DNA from: Hydrolagus colliei
Taxonomy: Eukaryota
Reading direction: 5' to 3'
NCBI GenBank assembly: GCA_035084275.1
Contig: CM068743.1
Location: 59,148,001-59,212,000, forward strand
DNA length: 64,000 nt
The notes below the pieces were generated by a model that saw only the letters and a program-made list of their open reading frames with translations, ran no database searches and was not told the DNA's origin. The translations under genes and the position numbers were made by a program. This document shows positions 12,301-24,300 of this stretch, piece by piece (positions within the stretch are counted from its first letter, which is position 1; every line of letters starts with the position of its first letter).

Positions 12301-15300
12301 AACATGGACTCCTGTAGCTCAATGGTTAGAGCACTCGCCTTACAAGTGAGAGACCTGGGTTCAATTCCAGGCAGGACTAAACCTTTGGCAAGTTTCCTTA
12401 CTCCAAACGCCTGATAATAATCCCTCAAAATAAAATTTTATCATTTTAAACCACAACTGTTTGTGGGACACTGCTGTGCACAATTGGCTATCCCGTTTTG
12501 CCCATAAATACACAGTCAATTCACATTATGGTATATTCTGTGAAGCGCTTTGAGACAATGAGAATACTGGACAAGGCGCTATAATAAATGCAAGGATTAT
12601 TTATTATTATTATAATAACCCATTTCTCGACAATGGCAATGAGGGAAACCAATATTAGGTGCTAAAAGAGTAAAGGTTATTATTTAACAATGAAATTTAG
12701 TAATGCAGTTTGAATTTGTCCTCAACATGAAAAATGACCCAATCCACTTTTCTGTTTAATATTTAGTATTTGACAGTGTCAGGGTTTAATAAAGCACTGA
12801 TGCATTACCTCATGGAATTGTGGCACTCCAATAGCGAGTGCTACAGGGAACCTTATTCTGCCAGAATGCAATGCTCACTATTAGACATAACATCCAGTGG
12901 GGGATGTAATAATAATCCTCGCGTTTGATATTCTACCTTATCAAATGTCATCGAGAAGTCTCCAAGAGTTTCACAGGATATGCAAGTGAATGAGCATTTT
13001 TATGAGAGAGAATATTGGCCAGGACATCAAGAGAAACTAGCTTTTCTTTTTGAATAATGTCATGGGATCTCTAACATCCATCTGGAAAAGCAGGCAGTAT
13101 CTTGGTCCTGTCCTGACCCCAGACCTGAGTGCCATAAGTAGGATATGGTTCTCCAACAGTTTACAGTTACTTGTGGGTAATGCTAACCTGAAACAATGAA
13201 GTCTGCTAGGGAAGGGCAATTGGAAGGAGAGTCAGTACTCAGCAGTCAAGTGCACATATTGCAAGAAAACTTTACAGCATTAGCAGGAGGTTTGAAGTGA
13301 ATGCATAGCACAAAGAGAATTTAATGAAGAATTTGAAATAAGACTGGAAATCATTTGATGGCTTTGTTCCTTTCAGTTCCTATCCTCACTTATTAAACGC
13401 TCCACTTTAAAAATGACAATAATTGATACTGCAGAATTGGGACCCAATCCATTTACAAAGGGAGAACCATTGCAAGATAATAATGTGCTTTAAATTTAAC
13501 TGTTGCTTGTGTATAATGCCTGGAAAGTATTAGCTGATTACTCAGAGAGGGTATAGATAGCTCCAAACGCTCAAAGACCCTTTTTTTCATAGCACTTTGA
13601 AGTTATAAATAACAGCATTTGTGCCAGCGGTTAAACTAGGAAACATTGTGAGTTTCTCTTCCCAAGGCATGGGCTGGGCAGTGCTGATCTCTGACTAATC
13701 CCAGGTCGTGAAATCAAAAGTGGGAGAGGGCAATGTGAATCTTCCCCAAAACCTTTAACCCCCGTTTTCACTTGATTTTCTCCCTGCCTCTGCTGATATC
13801 AGGCAGCAGCAATGTTGGAAAGATGAATAGAAGTGAAGTAATAGGAGATGTAAGCAGTTTTAAATGAGGTTGTGCACTTGTTATAGACGCTGTCCAAACC
13901 CCACGAGCAGCTTCGACAGCCTGAAAGCCACCCTGAAGAGACGGAGGAAGAGCTCTGTCAACAGCAGGCTATCCAGGAGGATGAGGGGCCTCCCTGTGGC
14001 GGCAACAGGAGCAACAGCAATGGTACCTGTGAAAGAGCAGCAGCAGAATGCCAGCCAGATATGGCTGTGCAGATGAAGCAGGAGCCGCTAGACAGTGATG
14101 ATGAGATCCAATTCAAGCCGACTGATCATGAGGAAAACAATGCATTTTTTCAGCAGGTAAAAACTTCAGGCTTATGGTCATTGCTGTATGTCTAGAGATG
14201 CCAATGTCAAGGGAAACTTAACACTCTGATAAATGCTTTGAGGCACTTTGGTGAAATGTTTGATGTTTTGTTACAGATTTAGTGTGATAAGTGCCGATTA
14301 AAATTGCAGTCCATATTTGTCAACTAGTTGTGGGTGTGCCCCATCCCCATCCCAGGTTTCTGGGCTCTGATGATGGCCACCATCTATGTTTCTGCTGTTG
14401 CTGCTTCTGACTGAGGAAAATAGTATTTCACTGCCACCTCATGGAATACCAGCCTAACTCAACCTGAGCACCAGTGAGGTACAGTGAGGGTCAAGAACTG
14501 CTTCATGTACATTGTTTCACCCTTCAGGCCTCAGGCCTTTGAATTCAGATGCACTCACTGAATAGAGAAGAATGCAAGGATGGGGAAGAGGGCAGACCAT
14601 AAGAAATCTTGAGATATCTCCTCACACTGTGCAGTTAGGTAATGTGCATAGAAAACTGGGAGGTCTACTTTTTCAGAGTAGAGTGATACATATCCGCTAG
14701 TACTTCAGAAACCTTATCCATATCCTATACATCCTTGGTATAACTTGTTCAGTCTTCTAACCCAAGAATTTCTGAATAAACCCTTGCATTTTATTTTGTT
14801 TGCACGTTCTTCACAGTGATGAGGTATTTTCAGGGCATGATTGATTACCATGCTCAAGTCCTTTTCTGACTCTAATGGATACCATTGCTAATGGATACCA
14901 TTTCATTTGGATACATATGCTTACTGTTTCCTTTTCCTAAATGAGTTACCTTGCATTTGTCCACGTTAAAATCCATCAGCCATTTCTCAGCCCATCCATC
15001 TAATCGTTTCACATTCCCCTGAATATGATCAATCTCTTTTTCCATTTGTTGGCTGTTCATACAGCTTTGTGTTATCAGAAAATGTTATATTACTGCAATA
15101 GGTACCCTGCTCCACATCATTCACAAATAGCAAGAATGGCAAGGGACCGAGCAAAGACTTCAGCAGAACCCTACTGGTTATTACCATTTATCACCACTCC
15201 CTATATAAAACAAATTGTCAATCCAGTTGGATAATCTGTCATCTACTCCTTTAAATATTTTTGATTAAAAAAAAGCCTCTGCTGTTAGTTTTCAAACCAT

Positions 15301-18300
15301 AATCATGTTATTTGACTGTATCAGTCCAGCCAGACTGTCCAGGATACATTTACTAATGAATTTTCTCGTTGGTATTCATTTCTTCTAAAAATACATCTTT
15401 TAATGTTGTTTGATTTGTAATCACTTTGGGATTTCATTCAATTCAGTTAAATTGTATTTGAATCAATTAAATGGTACAGTTGCAGCTTTGTGTCACCAAA
15501 ATTGCATGTAGAACAGCCTTTGCACGCCGATATTATAATAGGGTTGTCACAATGATTGTGACTTGGAATTCCAGTGTGTTATGTTGAACACACTGGATAC
15601 GAGTTCATAGCTGCTGTCCTCCCCTCAGTGAGTTCCCAATCACAGCCCTCACACATGGAAATTCTGTGGGATGTGTTCCCACAAGGAAGGATGGAGGAAG
15701 GGAATTTAGAAAGACTTTTCATCCCTCTATTTTGTATTTCCTGAAGTGATATAATGAAGTGAATATTGTGACCAGCGTTTGCATTAAAGTGCCAGCCAGC
15801 AGGGAACCTTATTTTGTCAAAGTCAATAAATGTACAGAAGGTAATGCTCACTATTAGACATCACATCCAGTAGGAAATATAAAAATAACCTTTGCGTTTG
15901 ATATTGTGCCTTATCAAGTGTCATCAAGAAATCTTAAAAAGTTTAATTGGATGTCCTGTACAGTTGTGTGACTATGTATTTTGTAAGTGAACGTGGCAGC
16001 CAATACGCACACAGCAAACAAGCGAATGAGCAATTTTATGAGAGGATTAGAAGAAACTCCCTCTCTTTTTGAATTAGTATCATGGGGTCTTTAACATCCA
16101 CGTGGTGGATAGGTGGAACTTTGGTTTAATGTCTCATCCGAAGGGCAAATACCTCATATTAGATATAATTACTAGTATTAGCTATACAACCTAGGATCAG
16201 ATATTATGCCCAGTAGAGTTGTACTTCAAAGTTCCCAGCTGAAATAAATTTGGTGTTTTCGCTTACAATGGAGAACTACTGTTATCAACACATAATGAAG
16301 CATTGTGACCTCCAATATCACTCCTTTCGAGACTTACTTATTTTGTCTGTCATTTGGTCAACTTAGTGGAGATATTGAGCATTTCACACTGCTAATCATA
16401 TCTTTTATCTTAAACCTTTTGAATTTCCCCAAATGCTAAATAATCCAAGACATAAACCTGTTTCCACTTTACAAAGAGCTTGTTCCTTCTTACTTTTCAT
16501 TCTTTACCCAGTGAGACAAACGGCTTTTTATATTAAATATAGACACTGCTGATACAGTTTTGTCAATATGTTGTCTATCAGCAGACAAATTCCAGAGACA
16601 GTTCTCCCCAGTTTATATAGTTACCTAGAAACATAGAGGTAAAGTCTGTGTGTGAAGCACACGGAACACATTATAAAATGCCACAAACGTCACCCCATAG
16701 AAATATTTGGCACAGGTGGCCATTGGGCCCATTGTATCTGTTTTTTTCCAAGTTTCTCTTTTTTATTAATCCCATTTACCAACTCTTTCCCAATATCCCA
16801 TGATATTGTTAACGATTATTTAGTGATGCTGGAATCCATTTGTGTTGAGTTTATTTCAACATTCACAGTTCGTCTTATTATTTATCCCGAGTTTTGCAAT
16901 TGTCTTTCCTCTGATTCTGATAGATAGTTTTGTCAGATTGGCGCTGTGAGTGAAGTGTTTATGTAAGACAGATACTTCAACTTTCTGGTCTGCTTCACAT
17001 AATCTGTTTGCTTGAGTTCACTGATAGAACTCCAGGCTTTTCTGACAAGTCATTTTATTCAGAACAGGAGAAGCCCAAGGGGCAGCTCTAAAATAGATAC
17101 TGCAGACTGTGACGTGGGTTATTGTGTAATGGTGCTATACGTGGCATTTTGCAGATGGGCCAAATAGTTTCCAATTAACCTACAGTTAGTGGTCCATCCT
17201 TGTGAATGGTATCTGGCTGAATTTACTTGTGCAGGCATAAACAGATATGTCTGAGCATGTACAGATTGTTGCAAGCATGAACAAATATCTGATCACACCA
17301 GTGTCTTATGAGTTAGCCAAATGGGAACTAACTGACCAGAGTATTTCCATTTAAGAATGGTGTTTGTTTTAAAAATGAGTATGGAGTTTCACTTGTCTGT
17401 GCAGAACATACTGGCAAAGAGAACGAAACCCCATTCACAAACAGAGCAGTAAAAATACTAAAGCGAGCAGCTTGCCAATGCACACAAAGCGTGTAATGTT
17501 TTTCCTGACTCTGTGGTGTTTCCATTGAGGCTTATGTCTGCAGTTTTAAAAAGCAAGTTCCCAATTCACTCAAATGGAGCCAATCAATTAAGAAATAGTT
17601 GCAAATGAAAACTTCAAAAGCCAAAAATATATAATAATCATTTGTTTGGGACTTTACTTATGTTGCTTCTCTTGATTGCTTCTTGGCTGATTAAAATAAG
17701 TGCTTCCTGAGGCTAGTGGCAGAAATGATATGCTTCAATGACATGATGGATCTGTGTCAATCTTTTCCTCCTTATTGCCTGCAAGCTTCCCTTCTTTAAG
17801 CAGGACAGAATTGTTCTCTCTCCCAGTGAAGCTCGGGAGAATCTGGTGCCTTTGGGAGAGGGTGGATTCTCCCATTAATTCCAAGTCACTGCAGCCTTCT
17901 GCATTCCCAAGTGGCAGTGACTCACCTCTTCAAAAAAAATCAAATGGTTCATCCAGCTCTGATCCCAACCAAACTTGGTGTGCTGCCAGATCTACCAAGC
18001 TGCATATGTTTGGATAAGCCCAGATTTCACATCTGGATTTATACTCATCCCTGAGCTTTTGAAATATCATTAAAACCATTTTACTGAGAAGAATTGTCCT
18101 GTATACTTCTATGAGAAGAATGTTGTGTCAGGAAAGCTGAAGAAATATAGCAGTGAACCCTCTGTGAGGATTAGGTTAGGCATGTCAGAAAGATGAAAGG
18201 CTAGTGCAGGTACTGGTGTTGAATTCAGTACATTGCAAAGTTGTTGAACAGAAACTAAAATGCTCCTTGGCATGTCTTCCTTCTCTGCATTGCGCAGAAT

Positions 18301-21300
18301 CAGATCTGGAAGGAGAAGTTATATCCAAAAATTCTTGCCATTTTATTGGTCCACCACAGACGACTGTGTATCAAACTATTTGCAAGCTGTAAATATTTCA
18401 AATTCTGTCCTGCCGCTCTTTCTGTGTATCGATTCTGAAATATGCATGCTTCAGCAGAGTGTAGTAAGGACAGTTTATTGCACAATGGATATTTGAGTGG
18501 TTAAGCAAGTGTTACTATGGAACTAAACTTTTGTGTGCTGCAGTGCGCAGTTACCACTCATCATCCTAAATAACTTGACTTGGATATTAATACAGTTAAT
18601 ACTGTATGGAAAAATGTATGGAAAAAGTGCAAAGAATTCAATCAACTAATAACAGGGTGCTTACTTACTTAATGAGAGCAGTGGAAGATGGGAGAGATGG
18701 GAATAATACTTTACTATGTGAGTCTTAGCACCAATGATAGGAATTTATTTCTCATTGTGCAACCTCCAAAATTAATTTTAGGCTTAAGAATTTATTTTCC
18801 TAATATGCTGAATTACATATAAAATGGTAAAGATGCACTTTAAACTGCCTTAGGCCTTTTAAATACTGATACATATTAAACAAAACCTTCTTTAATACCA
18901 AAAGCACAGGCATCAAAAGGAAACCCAGCTTCTGAAACTTTCCATTAAATTGATTTAGTGTTTCTTGTGGTTAAATGAGATTACCTCTATTAGAACATTT
19001 TGTTAACAGAATCCTGACTTCTTCGCTTATATACAGCATAAGTTTTCCCTTTCCCTCTGCAACCATTCTATTCACAGTGAAGATAGTCGATGGTACATAC
19101 TGTGGTCATTCCATAGATAATCAACAGCCTCCAAGGCCTTGCTTCTCCCTCTCTCTGTGACCTCCTAAACCCCTACATGCCCGTTCTCTTCGCTCATCAG
19201 GCTTCAGCCTCCTTCATGTCCCCCATCTTACCAACCCCACCAGCCTCTGAAACTCGATCCTAAAGTCCTTCCATCTACCCCCTCCCTAACCTCCTTCAAG
19301 ACCCGTCTCAAAACCCTTATCTTCAACTGTCACTCTCCCACCTCTACCTTCCCCGCCTCCCCCCCACCCAACCCCCTCACACTGGTCCCTACCACCAGCT
19401 TGGGTGTGGATCCCTGACTGTGCAGCACCGTTGGACAATCTCTTGACGTGAAAGGTGCTGTACAAATGTAATTTGTTGATATTGTTGTCATTCTAGGGAT
19501 AATTAAGACACATTAATGATGTGTAGTGTGATAACCTTCACCGGTGGTAGCTATCACATCACATATCATAAATTTTGTTACAAAGACAAAATGTGAAGTA
19601 CTTTTTCTCTTTTCTTAGATTAATTGAATACTTCTCTGGAATCTGGAGACTCGTTTCTCCCAACAGCCAATCCAGAGTTGACAATGCCCCCATGTTGAAT
19701 TTTAACCTTATGAGTGATTTTTAAAAAGATGTAATGTGGCATTCAGATACAACAACAATTTATATTTATATAGCGCCCTCCATGGTAGCATCTTAGAGCG
19801 CTTAACAGTAGCAGAGCCTGACTTCAAACCGAAGGTGGAGCGGGAGGAAGGGGGATTAGGCAGATGCAGTGGCCATAAGCAGAGTCGAAGTGTAAGGTTT
19901 CCAGGTGAGCCTTGAAAAGGGGGACAGAGGAGGCAATGTGGAGAGATTGACGGAGGTTATTCCAGAGTTCTGGGATGTAGTGACTGAATGCACGATCACT
20001 GATGGTCAGGTGGAAGGTGAGAGGGACAAGCAGGAGGCAGGTACCAGTTGAGCGGAGGTGCTAGATAGTATTTTGGGGAGTGAGGAAGTCGGAGAGGTAG
20101 GAAGGTGCCAGGCACTGAATGGATTTGAAATAGAAAATGTTGAGATAGCAGCTCTACATTAAAGTCTGAAAGAACAACAGTCTTTCTACTGCTAAACAAA
20201 ATTTAATTGATCAGCAACCTGATCAATAAAACAATATGAATGATTTCATGAAGTGCAATAAGTGTATTAGAATTAAGGAGTTTGCCCAACACAAAACCAT
20301 TCCCTTAGCAATAAACTCCCCTGGTCTGCAGCCTAGGTGCAACCATCAGCCAAGGTTAAACCATTCAGTTAAGCAATACGTGGCAGTATCTTGGGGTTAA
20401 GAGACATTAACAATTAGCTGAAAAACAGTTACTGTGTTTTTATCTTTAGAAACTCCAAGCTTGCGAACATCCCATAGATATTATCCCCGAGACAGAAACA
20501 ATTCATAGCAACTGAGCACTTCATAAAACACTCACTCACTGAGGTTCCAGAGTGAAAATTCCAAGCACCACGAGATCACATGCAGTTATTCTCTATGTCG
20601 CAAAATTAAATATCAGCCGGGGAGTAGTTTGTGAGAAAGGGAACTGATTTATTTGACTTCCACTTATATATTATTTAAGTTAACCCTTACCCTGCTGAAT
20701 AAACAGGAACTGAATACAGCTGGCACAACACTGTTGTAACAAGCATTTGAAGGGTTACTCAGGGTTACTGTAACAGAAAATGCCAAGTCCAAAGTTTCTA
20801 AAGTCAGTTTTTTCAGCAGCTTGTTGTTCATTCTGATCAATGTATTCTTAAGATAGCATTTTACATTCTCAACTTTTTTCCCCCTGCTCCCCACTCGACA
20901 ACCCCCTACACAAATAGTGTTTTGTGTGTTGCTTAACACAATGCATGCATTAAGAAACAACAAATTCTACCCCTTTGCGGGTTTTAATTCTGTCAGATGA
21001 GTGTCTGACACATGGGGACACCCACCACCATGCTTAAGAGCATCCAAACCAAACTGTAAGTTCCACACATCTCAACTACACACGCAAATTCTCATGTTTT
21101 CGAATGGAATGTAATTCTCTCCCCAGAGGCACGTATCCAGCTTACCTAAATCCGGAGAGTATTAGGCATAGGTTGGCAAGAGTCAGGCATTTTTCCCTTC
21201 CGCCTCAGGGATTTTTTTTAAGCAAACTAAGAAAAGACCATAGATAAATGATACCTTTATTTGCTTCAGACATTTAAATGTAATTAATATGCAAATATAA

Positions 21301-24300
21301 TATTTTAAAGTGACAAATTAATATTATATGGCACATTCAGTTAAGTTTCCTCAAATAAATGACATGTAATTTACCTAAAATAAAATGATCACTCGTTTGG
21401 AAAACATTCCTTGCAAAGCATTTGGAAAGGTTTTGATTTATATAACAGTGTAGGACAATATTTTTTTGCTTTCTTCTTTACAACCTAAAAATGGAAACCC
21501 TTGGAATACATAACATGCTTTCAGGATTCCAAATTGCCTACTGTTTGAGTATTATGGATAGAAATATACTCCTATAGTTGTTAAGTCATTTAAAAAAGAA
21601 ATCAAGCAATAAATCCAACAATTGCCAAATATGGGATCAGTTCCAATTTTCCACAGTACTGTCCCATGTTGGCCAAACTTGAGATGATTTAAGTAACCAG
21701 ACTGAAGAAGCCAGTGCAAAGCAATAAATGCTCTCGTAATAAGCAGTTAACAATGTCGTACGTTTTTTTAGGAGTTAGCCAGTTGCCTGACACATGTGAA
21801 AACCCATCACCATGCTTAAGGGTATCCAAACCAGACAGTTCCACATGTATATACCACTGACGCATTAAATTTTTCCTGTATCTGGAATGAAATGCACACT
21901 CTCTCCCTAGAGGGGTGCACTCTGATTTCCTAATTCCGGAGAGTATTAGGTGTAGGCTAACAAAGGCCATGGCTTGGAGACTCCATAGTGTTGGTTGTGG
22001 TTGTTGAATTTAAGCAGGTGGACAAACAGCAGGAATGCTTGGCATTCTAAATGGCATTCTAAGTGGCATTTACATTCTAAATGCCAAGCACAGCATAGCT
22101 TGGCATTTAGGAAACCGGCAAGCTTCCTGCTGTTTGTCCAGCTAGGACCACTCTATCCGTTCTGGTTAGCAGTGCCTTGGAGTACTGTGGAACTGCCTGG
22201 CTCAGGACTGGATAATCAAGGCCACTTCAGAGAGTTGGCTCGATTCTGACATTCCTTTGCTTGGCATGTCACCTTGGAGCCAGTTCAGCTCCAGAGAGGC
22301 CACATTTACCTCCCTAGATGTCATCAGTGTGTAAAAGAATCACACTGGCCAGTCAGTAGCTGGATGCATTAAACGATTGGTGGAACAGGTTGTTAGGTAG
22401 GATTCTTGAGGCAAAAACAATTAGCATTTACATTTGTGCCATCCTGAGGGTTTAGGCAAAACACTGTAAAGGGAAGATGAATAGGTATTTTGCAAGAACT
22501 TTAGGAGTGTCAGGGCAAGTTGACTAAGTTGCCAAACAGTTAATAAGATCCTAGCTTTTTTTAATAGGAACGTAAAATACAAGAATAAAGTGATATTTGA
22601 ACAAGTTGAACTTATACAAGTTAGTGGGTGAGGACAGTTGACAAATGTTGAAATGTCTGAGGAAAGGATATTGAAATGGGATTGAATGGGCAGCTCTTTT
22701 AGAAACTATCGGCTCAGATTGTTATTAACTGTGCTGAATGGCTTCAAGGTTCTTATACTTTTACAATGTTCTATCCTTAGGCGGTTCACTGCCATCTATG
22801 GGGAGATCACATGGCCTCAGAAGAGTCATGGCAGGAGCTCTCAAACTACCAGCTCATCTTTCTCAAAACAACCTTCACTATATCTCTGGGACTGCTCTAC
22901 TCACAGTCATTGAACCCAACATTGTGATAGGTTCAGTCACGACATGCTCTGATACTCCACTGTCTGGAAGAGCTTGTGATATCTGTCTTTGATCCTAAAT
23001 CATGTGATTTTCCTTAGTTGGAAGCATAATTATCAACCAGATACAGTGGTATTTGAAGGAGAGCACATGTTGCACTTAGATGTACACATCAGCACAGAGT
23101 GAAAAATGCAAGAGTAAGATAGTGGATGAATGTGAGCCTCTAAATTTGTTTCATGTTTTTATGTTTACCCATCCCAGGCTCTATGCCATTTTCTGACCAG
23201 GCAGCTTACTCTCTAGGTTCTGGCGCCATTTCTCTATACCCATGTGCTGGGGGAGCCCAAAATTAACCCAGGGTGACTGGGCCTCTCAATTGCCCTTTCC
23301 TTATGGGGTTGCAACTAGTTTCTAAATCTATTACTGAGCACAGTGTAGAACTGCGAGTACCATCAAGAGGTCTTCCTTCTATTAATACCACAGGGCTGCT
23401 GTACCTGAACTGTGATAATTAGTGATTTGGAGATCACCATGTTGCATAACTGTACTACTCATCACAAAGTAACCTTTCATAAGACATTCTCACTGGTAAC
23501 AACAGCTGTGTAGCATGTGCTATTGTCCATAAATTGTGCAATGGATTGACAGCATTGAAATGTTGAATATCTGAGGATTGTTATGCTTGGATCAGGATTA
23601 TGCATTTCATTGTTTTCTTGCTAGAACAGGAATTCTGTGTAACGGGGAGTGAATGGGAAATGATTTGGTACATTGCATTTGTATGCTTGCCTGGATGAGG
23701 TATGCATTGATCTGGAATCAAGTGTGCAGGGATGTGTTTGGGGGATAAAATTCTACTCCATGCGCTCCACGTAGCATATAACTATTTTGAAGTCACTCAG
23801 AAAGCTTCCCAGACAGCGCATGACACATCATGGCCCACATCAATGTATTCCCTGTTTGGAGCCTACAGAGCTGAATAACTCCCTTAGAGTCTTCAGGTAG
23901 GTAGATAGTATCATTTTCTAAACAATGTCAAGCATACATTGCTAGCACCATGGAAAGGTTCCCCCAGGATTTTGAACCTGCGAGAGCAAAGAGTAATACA
24001 AAGAGTACTCACAATGCAAACCTGCCATATAATAAAATCAAGCACATTTTTACTGTAAATGATATTTAATGGTACTGTACTTCTTGTAGGCATTATTTTA
24101 ACCAGTTTTATAGGAACATCTAACATCACACAGATCTTAGACTTGGCAGAACACTTCGGAGATCAGCATTCAGGTTCCAACTGAACTTACAAAGGTATTC
24201 ATGAGTTATGTCCTTCAGAGAACTGAATCCTCACAACCATTAATAAAGAGCCATTGTAAAAACTAATTTGACCAAAACATTTCCTGAAAGTGACAATGCA

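Noticed and set aside
12305-12376. tRNA gene (A/B boxes, TAC-like anticodon loop)
   Set aside because: It continues directly into the SINE body and tail and has many diverged copies; it is a SINE head.
13864-14076. Alternative-frame ORFs overlapping HDAC9 exons (also 9640-9984 and 48682-48873)
   Set aside because: These are shadows of real exons read in other frames, with no independent support.
17300-18500. Cluster of short ORFs suggesting a nested gene or decayed transposase
   Set aside because: Multiple stops, no recognisable motif or exon chain. A tBLASTx search would be decisive.
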